A DNA stretch of 64,000 nucleotides from Octopus vulgaris. Its lineage: Eukaryota. The DNA is taken from NCBI GenBank assembly GCA_951406725.2, contig OX597821.1, positions 63,922,001 through 63,986,000 of the forward strand. Reading direction: 5' to 3'. Position 1 is the stretch's first letter; every line of letters begins with the position of its first letter. Below, in pieces: positions 40,403-54,033 of this stretch. A program made the position numbers and the translations under genes. The notes below the pieces were generated by a model that saw only the letters and a program-made list of their open reading frames with translations, was not told the DNA's origin and did no database searches.

Positions 40403-40830
40403 ATTAAACTATAATACGAAAAAAATTCTGCAAGGATAAAATTTTGCATTTTTATTTCCATACTTATGAAGACATAGAACAAAGTTATTTTCGGCTTATG
40501 CTAAAATGTTAACATTTTTGAAATTACACAAAAAATATCTGTACATAAAAAGAATTGACGCTTTTTCAACCTTTTCTAAGTATTTTTCATCATTACGTGT
40601 GTGTGTATGAACGTCACATATGTTTGTGTATGAAGATCACGTGTGTGTGTGAGTGTGTGTGTTGTTCAGAGCTAATGAGAAAATACCATCGTCGAGACTA
40701 ATAATATATTTTATTTTGGATGCTGAATCTCTTGCTACTCTGAGTTTCACCTGTTAATGTACAAGATTTTCAAACAATTTACACACTCACACGCACACAC
40801 AAACAAACAAACACACACACATACACGCAC

Positions 40831-40905
<75 letters not shown>

Positions 40906-40965
40906 CATACATACATCCACACACCTATGTATATCTCTGTGTGTATGAACAGCTATATCTATCTA

Positions 40966-41006
<41 letters not shown>

Positions 41007-41019
41007 CACATTCATGCAA

Positions 41020-41362
41020 GTGGAGGCGCAAGGGCCGAGTGGTTATGGCAGCGGACCCGCGGTCGTAAGATCGAAGTTTCGATTCCTAGAACAGGCGTTG
41101 TGTATGTTTATTGAGCCTAAAACCTCCACGAGGCTCCAGAAAGGGGGGGGGTGAATCCTGCTGTACTCTTTCACCACAACTTTCTCTTCTCACTCTTTCT
41201 TCCTCTTTCTGTTGTGCTTGTACTTCAAAGGGCTAGCCTTGTCACAGGGGTACACGTGTCTGTGGAATACTCAGCCACTTGCACGTTAATTTCACGAGTA
41301 GGCTGTTCCGCTGAGCGGATCAGCTGGAACCCTCGTCGTCGTAACCGACGGAGTGTCACAAC
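41020..41362 (+). mobile_element. SINE related to family C with a different 3' half
   Basis: Shares GTGGAGGCGC...TGTTTATTGAGC...CTCCACGAGGCTCC...CACAACTTTCTC, then diverges. Confidence 0.7.
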
Positions 41363-41987
41363 GAAATATACATACGTATATTTATATAAAAGGGGCGCTA
41401 CTGCATAGTTCCAAACATCTCAACATTGCCATGAGGATATAAGACAGCTTGGGCTTCAAGGGCCCACAACTCTTCAGTATCTACCTACAAATCCTGAGAG
41501 ACCTATATGGGGTCGATATAAGCGTCATCAAAACAAAACCTTCTATCAAGTGTTCCTCGATGCAAGAAACATAGATTAGGGTAGCAACAACAAACTCCCT
41601 CGTTCACCGAATACTACACATCAAAGGAGGTTTAGTAGATGTATAGGAAAGCAAAAGGCACTGTCCCCATGATTGCTGCAGCCCTTGGGCTGAAACTAAG
41701 AAAAATAAAAGAAAACTAACGTTTAATTTACTTAGTACTAAAATACTCACATTGCCTTGCCATCAAGACACATGGTTATGCAAACTATAAAAGCCTGTCT
41801 AACTCCCTATTTTAGTAGCTCCTGTTTTAATATAGTAAGCACATTCAAATGTATTTACCACTCACTAGTTACAATGCCGCTAAGCATTTTTCACGATAGG
41901 CTAACGATTTTGCAAACTTTCCACATTTAGTAAGAATAATAACAATAATAATAATAATAGTAGTAGTAGTAGTAATAGTAATAATAA

Positions 41988-42063
<76 letters not shown>

Positions 42064-42065
42064 GT

Positions 42066-42458
42066 CCTACCGAGGCGATATATGCATTCGCGACTTTCGC
42101 CCGACCTTTCAGGGCCAGCTTCCTTTCTGCCCATTTGGGAGTGAGCTTGACCACCCTGATCATGACTTTTTCCCAGTTCCTATCCAACTAATTATTTGGT
42201 CCGAACAAACTCCAAGCACTTTCACTGGACCCTCCGTCGAGCGACAGGAATTGCCGCCAGTCAATATGAACTTGCCTTTCAAAGAGCCTAGTTGCAAACC
42301 CACTGATTTGTCCTGTTCTATGTGTGCTCCTGTACATACCTGACATCATTTAAGTATACTGTCACTCATATCTATATCCGGAGAGTCCAACATAATGACA
42401 GTACGGTCATCTGTGTATGAAGACACAGATCTCCTGTGGTCTATTTCTCTAGGATGCT
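42066..42458 (-). mobile_element. Old, diverged fragment of a related Tx1 ORF2
   Basis: Translates IPREIDHRRSVSSYTDDRTVI and DRNWEKVMIRVVKLTPKWAERKLALKGRAKVANAYIASV, homologous to IPRELGCGRSVSAYADDVTVI and KWTERKLSLKGRAEVANAYIASV of the young element. Confidence 0.85.
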
Positions 42459-43235
42459 GGCTTGATACTGTTTTGTGGATTTCTGGGTGTCATAATAATG
42501 GTTTTAAATTTTTGGTACCAAACCAACAAATTTTAAAAGAGGTGATTTGTCGATACCTCATTTTAACGATCTCCGATGGATGAAAAGCAAGGCTACCTCG
42601 GTAAGTTTTGAACTCAGACCAAAAAGAACCAAAATTTATAAGACAAAGCATTTGTCCCGGACGTTCTCATAATGAAAATAACTTCGAAATTTCGACGGCG
42701 GTCATTAGAAATTTCGCCGGCGGTCATTTTATATTTATGGCGTAGGATATACGGAGTTGTGACGAGGAGGGTTTGGATGTGTAAATATGTTTTTTAGAGA
42801 GAAATAAGCAAGTAGCAATTTGTGTATATAGCTAAACATATTTCATAAGAAATGAAAAAACATGTGAGGGCCTTGATTGAATAATACATAGATTCTATGT
42901 CAAACATTGTGAGATAGAGTTATTCAATTATATGTTCACAGAATCGCATTTATATAAACCTCTATATTCAAATATTGAGACATGCAGACAAATATCACAC
43001 AGAGAAATATATAATATGAAATACACAAATATCACATCCAAAACTATTAATAAACAACAACTCAAAGAGAAGTAATACATATTAACACAGACAGGGAAAA
43101 TATATAGCACACGCGCATATACACACAAACACACAGACGCACACACATACACATATACACACAGACATAGAGAGGCGCACACAAACACATGCTTTCACAC
43201 ATTTAAATATAATATGGGCAAACGTATTAGTCACA

Positions 43236-43298
<63 letters not shown>

Positions 43299-43611
43299 AG
43301 CATGAATATAGACCTACATCACATACACCTAGGAAGAAGTGAGAAGAAAAACTATTCATAGGCCCACATACAGACCGACGGCTATACGCAGGCACGCAGA
43401 TACACAGACACGCGCATAGATTCATATATACACAAACAATGCAAATCTGACTGTATACTGAGATATTTTTTTGTAATAAAATAGTTGCTATGCAACGTGC
43501 AAGCCTTCATTTAATATATAGATATTGTCTCTATCCCGTAATATATACTGGCAGATGGTTCTGTACCTACGATCCACTAATGCATCGCTGCAGAGTTTTA
43601 CCAGTATTGTA

Positions 43612-43782
43612 GGCGCAGGAGTGGCTGTGTGGTAAGCAGCTTGCTTACCAACCACATGTTTCTGGGTTCAGTACCACTGCGTGGCTCCTTGGGCAAGTGT
43701 CTTCTACTATAACCTCGAGCCGACCAAAGCCTTGCGAGTGGATTTGGTAGACGGAAACGGGAAGAAGCCGGTCGTATATATG

Positions 43783-43844
<62 letters not shown>

Positions 43845-44039
43845 TGTATTTGAGTGTCTGTGTTTGTCCCCCCAACATCGCTTGACAACCGATGGTGGTG
43901 TAACTTAAGCGGTTTCGCCAAAAATACGCCGATAGAATAAGTACTAGGCTTACAAAGAATATGTCCTGGGGGCGATTTGCTCGACAGAAGGTAGTGCTCC
44001 AGCATAGCCGCAGTCAATTGACTGAAACAAGTAAAAGAG
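43612..44039 (+). mobile_element. SINE family A, full length
   Basis: Full consensus. Confidence 0.88.
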
Positions 44040-44406
44040 TATTACACATAGTTATATACAACACTCCACCGCCAAAGACTAAATGTATTCCACGCCCTCC
44101 AACTCTTGACAATGAACACGTTTATTTTGCCAGCTCATATCATTACCCTAGCCGCAATTACTGCTGTTATATTTCTCCTACGATGGAGCTGCCATACGGT
44201 CGGTTCTATCTGCTAGAAATAACAACAATATTCTCTTCAAATTTCACCCTACGATATGGAAAAATGAGAGACACGCTATATTCCATGTACAGTTTCCTAG
44301 ACAACAAAAGACGAGTATGGCTGGAAAACATTTTGTTCGTAAGCTTACACAACGATGGCTGATTTGATGAGGCAAAACAACAACAAATACTACTGCTACT
44401 ACTACA

Positions 44407-44464
<58 letters not shown>

Positions 44465-44468
44465 ATAC

Positions 44469-44510
<42 letters not shown>

Positions 44511-44947
44511 AGCGCATTTTCCTACTTCCATATCATATGTTCTTCACTTCTCTTGTCAGGACAAAATACTCGTGATACGCAAGTAAATGATAATGTTGAC
44601 ATTCAAGTTTTCTATCAGAATTACGTTTCTTCCTCTTTCTCATAAATTTCTTTAGCTTCTAGTGATATATATATATATATATACACATGTGTGTGTATGT
44701 ATGTCTGTGTGTGCGTGGTGGGTGTGTGGGTATGTGTGTGTTTTATGCAAGTGTGCATGTAAATGAGTATGTATGTAATGTATGCATGTATATATATATA
44801 AGCATGTAGGTGTGTATCTCTATATATCTATGTATGAGTGTGTCTGTGTCTGTCTGTCTGTGTGTTTCTCTTTGTATAATGTTGTTAAGAGGAAAAGTAG
44901 TTTGAAGCTTGTCATATGGTTTGAATTATTTTGAGACATGTTATATA

Positions 44948-45075
44948 CTAGGGGATGCTGAAAAATTCCTGGCTTTGGGAAAAAGAAAATACAGGGGGGC
45001 CAATTAATTATTCCTTTCCCAGATTCCCACACTTACGCAGCAGTTCTTCAGCTTTTCTAAGCGCTGTACAATAGA
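44948..45075 (+). mobile_element. Mariner-type MITE end fragment
   Basis: TA followed by CTAGGGGATGCTGAAAAATTCCTGGC resembles a Tc1/mariner TIR; partner TIR not found. Confidence 0.35.
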
Positions 45076-45859
45076 GCTTCAAATGACAGAAATTCGTTTC
45101 GATGGTTGTACGAGGTCACCATTCCAGCCATCACCATGGTAACTGATGTAACCTAGGTGTTGCCTCTCAGACCAAGCATGAATTTATGACTTAAGTGTCG
45201 ACCAAGAAAGAGGTAAAACCTAAAGAGAGAAGTTCCCTCAAAATAATCCGCTCCCTCAAAATAGGGCCAGGGTGCCATGAAATTTAAAATGATGGAGGAG
45301 TTATAGTTGGCTGGTCTTGAAAATTTTAGATACAAGAAGAATATTTTCCCCGCTTCACTATTCATGTCAATCACTCTAAATATATGATCTTAGGTCCAAA
45401 AGAATTAGTCTTATAGGTGAGATTGTAAGGTTTCTTGTTAAGAATTATATCAATAAAATACCATGTTAGTTCGTCAGGTAAATGATTGATGTACAATAAG
45501 GAAGAACATAGGTTTAAACACATAGTTCTGTATATTTCAGAGGACTAACCATTCCAGTAACTTCCGACTTCTTCCCTTTCAGGATGTTTGGATCCTGGAA
45601 AATACTCTGCGTAGGGTATATTATGTCCGACCATTTCGTGAGGCAATCGTCTATACCACATCTCGTTAATTGCCATGGATATATCTAAGGCATTATGAGA
45701 AACATTATGCCGAGTTGTTCTGAAGTTATTTCGTTGTGGCAGCGAAGTTAGAATTTGGTAACGATAAAATTAAATTTGGATTTCAATGGAGTTTAAATTG
45801 GGGAAAAAAGAAGAGTTAGGTTTAAATCACAATGTAATTAAACTGAAGTAACAGTCAAG

Positions 45860-46162
45860 TTGGAGGGACATGGCCTAGTAGTTAGAGCAGCGGTTCGCGG
45901 TCGAGGGATTGCGGGTTCGAATCTCAGACCGAGTGATGTGTGTGTTTATGAGCGAAACACCTAAGCTCCGCGCAGCTCCGGCAGAAGATAATTGCGAACT
46001 TCTGCTGACTCTTTCGCCACAACATTCTCTCACTCTTTCCTCCTGCATCTTGCATCTCACCTGCGACGGACCGACGTCCCGTCCAGGTGGGGAATCTATA
46101 CGCCAAGTAAACCGGGAAACCGGCCCTATGTGCCAGGTGTGGCTCGAGAAGGAACAAACAAC
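45860..46162 (+). mobile_element. SINE family C (tRNA-Arg-like head, V-domain-like segment)
   Basis: TGGCCTAGTAGTTAGAGC A box, GGGTTCGAATC B box, CCTGCGACGGACCGACGTCCCGTCCAGG (resembles the V-SINE domain), (AAC)n end. Possibly an octopus OR-type SINE (from recall, unverified). Confidence 0.8.
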
Positions 46163-47813
46163 AGCAGTCAAGTTAAACTGAGGTAACAGTAGAATTTATT
46201 GAAGGGATCGAGGAAGTTATGTTGCAGTTAAGTTCGTGATTATCTGAGAAACAAAACGATGGATAGAGGGAACGACATTGCTACATTAGATTATATTATC
46301 TCTCCTTTCACATTTGATTACAACAGAGCAAAGTGATAAAAAAATTAGTAAATTGTTAAATTATCTTTCCGTAGTAAGGAATTTTGACTAGCATTTCTTT
46401 AGGTATCGTTTAGCTTCAAATACCTGGCTGAATACATAATGGCGGAGATGAGATAAAGTTACGACACTAGTTATTCGTGATGAATGTCTTGGGGGCCTCA
46501 TGTAGCCGCCTTCAGTTAAATCTGATTACCAGAAAGCAAGCTGGATTCATTTGAACTATTCCCAGTAGATCTTTTTAAGGGATCAATTCAGGTTAACTAT
46601 CTCGCCAAGGAAGCATCTTAATGGTATAAGAAAACTAAGTTTTAGTTCTTTTGATGCTGTGTGCATCTGTAAAATCTTGTTGTAAGACAGATTCTGCATC
46701 ACCAAATATCCTAACGAATGAGGAAAGAATGAACTACTCCAAGAACTTTCGGTGGATCTCTAAGTCCATAATGACTCTGTGGAAACGCAGTGATTCGTTA
46801 GTTATTTGCTGGACTCCAAACTAGTAGGATCTCTCTCTCGTTATCTCTCTCTCTCTCCCTATCTCTCTATCTATCACTCTGTCTCCAGTCCTCTGCCAAG
46901 CACAGCATCTTAGTTTCCCTATGGCATATTAAACTTGCTCTGATTAGGAAACAAGACCTATGTTCACTACCCAACATCTGACACATCCACTTGGCTGCCT
47001 TTCACTGCGAAGAGAACTGATACCAGATGCTTGGCTGCTACATTCCGTCTCTTGACATCGTCTGTACGTCTGTACAAGATCCTGCTACTGCAAATTCCTT
47101 ACACATTGTTTTCTCGGAGCTAAAGTTTTCTTTTCGGCTTTCTTGCTGATGGCTTTACAGGAAGTGGCTGCAATATAGAGCTCTGGGAACAGCCTACATT
47201 TTCGACAATAAACTACTCTGTCTTCTTCTCTTTGTGAAGTGCGTTAATAATCGTGGTTTGGCCACTTGTCATATCAGAAACCTCGCCCCTAATTGCAGCA
47301 GGAGCGTATTCTATATAAAGAAAAATTTCTAGTAAGAAAATTATATAACAGTATTGACTGAAGGAGAAATACTTTAAATGTTCTCAGACAATATTATTGT
47401 AGTATTTAGAGATAAGTAGAATTCACAAATTAGTCTGTACTTGTACACTTGTTAGTCTACAGTAATGATTCTAAAAATTAGTGATATTGTTCACAGACAG
47501 AAATGAAGCACTACTGTCACATCTATTCTGTGTTAGAAGAATAACAGTTTTGAATATTCATTTTTATTCCGGTGAATATTCAAATTATCAGAGTTATATG
47601 TGTTTGTATGAGTGCGTTTAGACGCACACTCACACACACACATACACATATTTAGGTGTTTGTATGTATTATATATATATATATATATCTGTGTGTATGT
47701 TTGTACATGTATACTATGGATATGTATATATATTCATATATATGTAAAGATATTTATATATACATATATATATATATATATATGAGGTGTGCGTGTAACT
47801 GAGTTTGTGCGTG

Positions 47814-47861
<48 letters not shown>

Positions 47862-48589
47862 TGTATGTACGTATGTATGATATATAAATACAAACACAGA
47901 TACATGCACACACACGCATACACACACACACATGCACATGTATATACATACATACACACATCTGCGTGTAGATGCAAACAGATCATAGCTACACATATAA
48001 ATAAGTATGAATCTATATATTTGTGTATGTATTCGTAAGTGTTTGTAGCTAGATTAATAGCGAAACCACCCAGATAATTTGATTCAACATCATACTTCAT
48101 ACTGGTTCCAGAGTTCATAATGTCTTCTCTATAACTCTTCAATCACCCAGCTACTTAACTCTGCACCCTTTCAGATAGTAAGCTGCAAGTTTTAACACCC
48201 ATGGTGACAAACATATACAATGTTCTGTCTATACCTCTGTTCTACCTCTTAGTACCCGCAGCTAACGTTCTTCTCCAGAAACGAAACGCTCTGGATTTCA
48301 ACCAGCTTTTTCTTTTTCCACGGACATCGGATCACATTTTTTTTCAGTTCTAACAACGACCACATCTTTGTTTCACTCACTAATACCGGACGATGAATAT
48401 GTTATGAACCCTGATCCCACTATTTTAACTATCTTGTAAAACCTTTACATAAAGTCTGTTAAAATCCTCGTTGTTCTTTACTCATTTTGCACGAATATTG
48501 CGTAGCTCATGTCCTACATGTTCTATTGAATCGTATTCAGTTCCAGTAACATATTATTCATGGATGTTTACCTTTTCAATATTTCTGTC

Positions 48590-48955
48590 ATTGTACGGCA
48601 GCCATACGGAGACACCTCCTGGAAGAGCTTTGCTCGCACAAATAGACTCCGAGTACTTAACTTTGTTAAGGTCCGTTATTCGTTCTGTCGGTCTTTTTAT
48701 CGAACCGCCAAGTTACGGAAGCGTAACCAAGCCAACACTAGTTGTTAAGTTTTGTGTGGAGCTGACAGAAATACAAGGACTCACACACACACATCCAGAC
48801 CCACATGCATGCATGCATCCATTCACATATACATACATACTTACCTACATACTGGGTCTAAAGTAAAAAACACTTTCTCAAGGTGCCGAGCAGTGCGACT
48901 GAAGCCGAAAGCGTAGAGCTGGAAAACAGTCATCCTGCTCAACAGACACGCCTAT
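48590..48955 (-). mobile_element. Old diverged family A SINE
   Basis: Degenerate match (TCGGTCTTTTTATCGAACCGCCAAGTTACGG; CAAGGTGCCGAGCAGTGCGACTGAA). Confidence 0.55.
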
Positions 48956-49684
48956 GCTTAGATGCTGAATTATTCAAGGTGTTTATACTTCTTTATTTTC
49001 ACAGAAATCTTTTTCTGTGTCTCTTATAATCGTTTAATCATTCATAACAGTCTGCGTCTAAGTTGAGAGGGAAGCATAGGAAATTCGTTTCGAAACGACA
49101 TGGTCTTAGGTTCAATACCAAATCATATAAATGAAATTTGGTGGCCAGAAGTGGGGGAAAACTTACCAGAGCAAGACATTTCTTTCCTTGGCTCGACATA
49201 AACAGTCTACTGGTTTAACACTGCCACTTGATCTTCGGGTACTTTTGGTAAATATATTTATGCTGAAAGCATTCGAGCTAGATTTCTACTCTGAGGATAT
49301 CTTCGCCCTTCGACCCACCAGCCATGGAAGCCATTTACAATTTCAACGATGTAGTCCATCTTTCCTCGACTTAGGTTTTAAAAAACCTACGAAGTACGTG
49401 GGCAAAAACAAAATTTATTAATTTATTAATATTTAATTTGCTTTAATACCCTTCCTTCTTTTATCTCTCACATGATGCGCTTATTACTGGTACTCTGTTG
49501 TCTATGTTCAACGAGAACATTATTTCAATAGTTATGTACAGTCACGTTTAATATGTTCATGTACATTCGGACGAGCTGCAAGCTGTCATATCGTAATACT
49601 ACACAGTGGCTGCGTGAACATATCATCCTCGTTGCCACTGTTATGTCGCACGTTCGGATGACCTCTACTCAACTCTACTCTCGA

Positions 49685-49733
<49 letters not shown>

Positions 49734-49875
49734 GCTACTCAACTCTGCTCCACTCTACTCTGTTCTAGTCTACCTAGACGTCTAGACTTCTTCTTCTATA
49801 TCTACGTATTGGGCTAGCCTACTTCATCGTCTGGGAGCGTACACACAACACAAACAAAATACAACATAAAACACA

Positions 49876-50718
49876 AGGAATTACAGGTAGTTAAAGATGA
49901 GGTATGGCAAAAACCTACGGCAATACCAGGTAGAAAAAAAAGGTACCAACAAAGAATAAACCTATATCAACAGAAAAGGCTCTTCAGAAATAATGAAATG
50001 AAATTTTACCAACAGTTGGACAATCAGGATGAACCTCAGGGAAATGATGAGCCACAAGCTGAAGTAAGAAACCTCTGGGCAAATATTTGGAGTAAACTGA
50101 TTCAAACTAATATGAAAGCGGACTGGTTATGGAAATTTAAAAGTGAAATGAAAAATAGAGCAAAACAATAAGAACTAAAAACAATACAGTTAAGAAGGGG
50201 AAAGTGAAACTTAAGAAAATACCAAATTAGAAAGATGATGTACCGGGATTCTGACTCAAATTATCTTCCAAGTATACACAACCATATACATTTATCTTTT
50301 ACTGACTATAGAATATAGGTGACAAAAGAAGTGACTAATACAGAAGGTCGAAGAATAGGGAAGGGAAGTCAGTTGTTATAGACCTATAACTGGTCTACCA
50401 TCTGGAAATTATTAACTGACTTCATAGCAGATAAAGTGTAAAGCTCTCTGGAGAAGAAGAATCTATTGCCGGAGGAGCAAAAGGAATGTAGAAAGAAGTT
50501 ATTTACACCTGTGGTAATTGGCACACTTGGCTCAACAACCAAACTCCTACCCAAGAGGCTGAAATGATACTGGAAGAGGCTGGAAGTGAGAGCCGCATTA
50601 CCATTCTGCAGAAAAGTGGAATCATTTATTCTTCAGAATGGCCGAGACTGGTTGTCACCAAACCTCAAGATAGCTTCCCTTTAAATTAATGTAGCATACA
50701 GTATCTTCGAGTAAAAGC

Positions 50719-50755
<37 letters not shown>
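49876..50755 (+). mobile_element. Internally deleted R4/Dong-like LINE ending in (TAA)n
   Basis: RYQQRINLYQQKRLFRNNEMKFYQQL, YRPIT, LLPEEQKECR, PVVIGTLG, then a short 3' UTR and (TAA)n at 50719-50755. Confidence 0.7.
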
Positions 50756-50759
<4 letters not shown>

Positions 50760-53014
50760 CAACAACTTCTTTATTTACCCCAAATACAATACAAGTCCGA
50801 TAAATACAATTTTTCCGCTTCCCTATAAAATCAGTTTCGTCTTTGATCAAGAATAAAAAAAATTAATTAATCATTAAAGAAAACAACCCGGTAGAAATGG
50901 AATAATGGAAAGATAGAGACAAGTATTTATTGATTTTGTTTTTTCTTCTTCTGTCATGTAAACTGCAGCAGAGAAAGAGAGAGAGAGAGAGAGAAAAGAT
51001 GGGTTGAAATAAACAAAACTGAATATATGACAAAAGAAATAGACGAAGTATTGTAATAAGATGAGATATATTTTATACGGGCAGTCTTTGCTAACAAATA
51101 CTATAAAGAAATAGAATGTATTTATTTAAATATGATTCTTTTTTTCTGCAATTCATCTTTATTTGATCGTTCTTTATTTGATTTGTTCGGTTGCTGAATA
51201 ATATTGTCAACACAAAATCTATTAAACATAGAGTGGAAGAGTCTGAAGATTTATTTTGTCTGTTCCTGTCTCGTGTATAAACTGTGAATTCGCTTTACGA
51301 ATCCATCCACAAATTTAAAGACAGCATTAGGCATCGCATAAATATGCTTTTCATGATTTTGTCCTAAGCACATCTCGAGACCACTAAGGATAAGCGACAG
51401 CAAAAAAAGGAAAATAAACTGACGAAAAGCTTAAAGTTTTCAAAATCATAACCTAGAGGAAAACAAGGCAATGACAGTGAGTTACTGGAAGTAGAGCTTC
51501 GAGGAAACGAACTATTAGAATAAAATGACTTATGCCTAAGAAGCTCAACATATGTGCCTAGGAAGACACGTTTGAAGGTCTTGACAGAGGATACTAGACC
51601 AGAAAGTTCATCAGAAGAATGAATGGAATTACGTATAGGAAAGACTGAACAAAGATACATTTCGACGGTGAGACAAAGACTGCATCCTAGTAGAAAGAAG
51701 GAAACTCATTATGTTAACAATTCCATTCTGAATTCTACCAAACAGCTAATGACACGCAGAGGAGGCCCCAGTCTAAAGATGACAGCAATATTCAATATCC
51801 TCTGTCGTTTTTGTCTTACTAATCTTAATGAAGGTCTTGGAGACCAGTTCCACTCTTTAGCAAAAACAGCTGCTCGGTAGGTCACACCTCCCTAAAGCAG
51901 TGCTTCTCACGATTTTGCAACTATCCGGTTCTTGTTTTTACAAACAGTTTTTCAACGTCCTACTTAGTTTCAACACTGTAACGAGAAATTGCAATATATT
52001 ATAATAAAATCAGGCTATCCCCAATATCCATAAATAGAAACGTATTAATATTAGTAATCATTTATACAACTTATCCAAAAAGGAGAATGTCCTTCTCCAT
52101 ATTGTATGTTATCAGAATGAAGCATTTAATAAAAGCTGCATCAAATTTAGAATGCATATGGAGCAAAATTAATAATTCTAACAGAAATAAACAACAAAAT
52201 ACTATAGACGTTTTATGTTTTTGTTTTTGTAGTTTAAATTTTCCTAAACATTTTAAATAAACACTTCTCAATAGACAACGCATATAATACGACCTTTAAT
52301 TAAAACTGTTGGGATATTATGGTGCACTACATCTCCAAAACATGTCTCCTAAGCCAGTAAACAGAAGAATCCCTTCCAGTAAGAATTTGCAAAATCTCTC
52401 TCCTCTACGGAATAGAAACAAAAGTAATATTTGCTCCATCAAAACAGATTTTCCAATGCATTGATTTAACGAGCTAATCTACCTTGCTGATGACAATGAA
52501 ACAGAAATCATGATAGTACTGGTCAAAAACCCCTTTCAAATACTATGTTAGTTTTATCGTATAGAATATTTAATAGTAAAACGGAATTTGTGAATTCGTG
52601 CAGACATTTATTCCCCAGAAACTAAGAAATTACCGTCGTATTTCATTAACCAAATATTACTGGAGTTTAAATGGTAGTAACATGAAGAAATACAAACATC
52701 GATTTATTCATTATAATACAGACAATCCTATATTAATAGTTTCAGAGAGATTTATAAGTGTCTCGGAAAGAAATATATTTCACTGTGGTAGCGTATTGGC
52801 ATATTTAACAATGGAATCGGTAAATACTTGCAGATACATTGCAATTTATAAGAAAATTTCTGGCTACGAACATGCTCACCTATTTGTATATGTATGTGTG
52901 TGTGCCTATATTTAAGTGTATGTGTGTGCACGTGTTTTGTGTGTGTGCATATATAAACACGTACATTTGTATGTATATAAAATGTATGTTTATATGTAAG
53001 TATCTCTCTCTCTC

Positions 53015-53053
<39 letters not shown>

Positions 53054-53055
<2 letters not shown>

Positions 53056-53133
53056 CGGGAAAGTTTACGAAAATAAACAAAAGACGAAGGCAGGTGGAGT
53101 ACAAACAAACAAATGTATTAGTATAGCGCTCAG
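53054..53133 (-). mobile_element. 3' part of the same pLTR-like repeat
   Basis: Reverse complement matches CTGAGCGCTATACT...CACCTGTCTTCG...TTCGTAAACTCTCCC at 13032-13108. Confidence 0.6.
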
Positions 53134-53224
53134 ATGTTATATATATATATATATATGTAGGTCCCGGGTTGAGTCGGGGTTAACCACAGTAAATAAGGTA
53201 CTCAATACATAGCAGAGTAAATTA

Positions 53225-53350
53225 ATTTATTTTATAGAAGGAGCTTCTACAGGACTAGAACTGTTTCATTCAAAAGAAATCATCAGGAAGCTTCCTGATG
53301 ATTTCTTTTGAATGAAACAGTTCTAGTCCTGTAGAAGCTCCTTCTATAAA

Positions 53351-53356
<6 letters not shown>
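53225..53356. repeat. Perfect 132-bp palindrome without spacer (PLE pLTR-like inverted junction)
   Basis: 66-bp arms centred on GGAAG|CTTCC at 53290/53291; lies between (TA)n tracts. Confidence 0.95.
53289..53339 (+). ncRNA. Type I hammerhead ribozyme motif (mirror copy on minus strand at 53242-53292)
   Basis: AGCTTC-CTGATGA-tTTC tttt GAAt-GAAAC-AG ttctagtc CT-GTA-GAAGCT. 6-bp stem I and intact core, but U.U instead of the canonical G10.1-C11.1 pair. Confidence 0.7.
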
Positions 53357-53406
<50 letters not shown>

Positions 53407-53412
<6 letters not shown>

Positions 53413-53745
53413 GAGAGAATGGAGTCGAACGACGATTTAATAAAATTCCTTTATTCTCGACATATGTTTCGAAGACTGCATATTCCTAATTCCGAAGGAA
53501 TAAAGGGTGCATTATGCCGCCTTCTCATCAGAAAAGACAAGGAACTTATGTCAGCATCATGACGAACAAAAACATCTAAAAGTTTTTGTTCGTCATGATG
53601 CTGACATAAGTTCCTTGTCTTTCCTGAGAAGGCGGCATAATGCACCCTTTATTCCTTCGGAATTAGGAATATGCAGCCTTCGAAACATATGTCGAGAATA
53701 AAGGAATTTTGTTAAATCGTCGTTCGACTCCATTCTCTCATTTAT
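53407..53745. repeat. ~165-bp-arm inverted repeat with 8-nt loop (PLE pLTR-like)
   Basis: Arms 53407-53573 and 53582-53745 differ by 3 substitutions and one 3-nt indel; the plus-strand sequence continues unpaired to the (TA)n tract at ~53899. Confidence 0.95.
53455..53535 (-). ncRNA. Type I hammerhead ribozyme motif with extended stem II
   Basis: Minus strand TTTT-CTGATGA-GAAGGCGGCATA...TATGCAGTCTTC-GAAAC-ATAT-GTC-GAGA. Palindromic stem III loop (ACATATGT). Stem I short and wobble-rich. Confidence 0.7.
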
Positions 53746-53895
53746 TTATAGTTAAAAAAATAAAGCACACAAATTTCCACACGAAAGCACGTGATCTCTG
53801 TCCTTGGCATGTAGCTTCAACCTTGTTTTCTGACGTGAATTTGCTACCCGGGTATCGGTTAACCGAATTATCCATACTAGGATAATTCATTCAAC

Positions 53896-53951
<56 letters not shown>

Positions 53952-54002
53952 GAGAAATCTTCAGAAGCCATGAAGATTTCCGAAGTACCCATATATGCAT
54001 GT

Positions 54003-54033
<31 letters not shown>

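Noticed and set aside
42686-42729. 22-bp tandem duplication GAAATTTCG(A/C)CGGCGGTCATT
   Set aside because: Only two adjacent units with no spacer; not CRISPR-like and likely local slippage.
45600-47110. Possible CR1/L2 RT remnants (DISKA-like motif near 45680)
   Set aside because: Only one weak motif; boundaries unsupported.
49472-49850. Possible solo LTR (TG...CA)
   Set aside because: No TSD or second copy found.
51390-51850. Purine-rich stretch resembling decayed LINE ORF1
   Set aside because: Too degenerate to assign by eye.
52484-52520. CTGATGA-caat-GAAAC hammerhead-like core
   Set aside because: No stem I or III pairing and no properly placed cleavage triplet.
53451-53701. Two near-identical 64-aa ORFs on opposite strands
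   Set aside because: A by-product of the inverted repeat.
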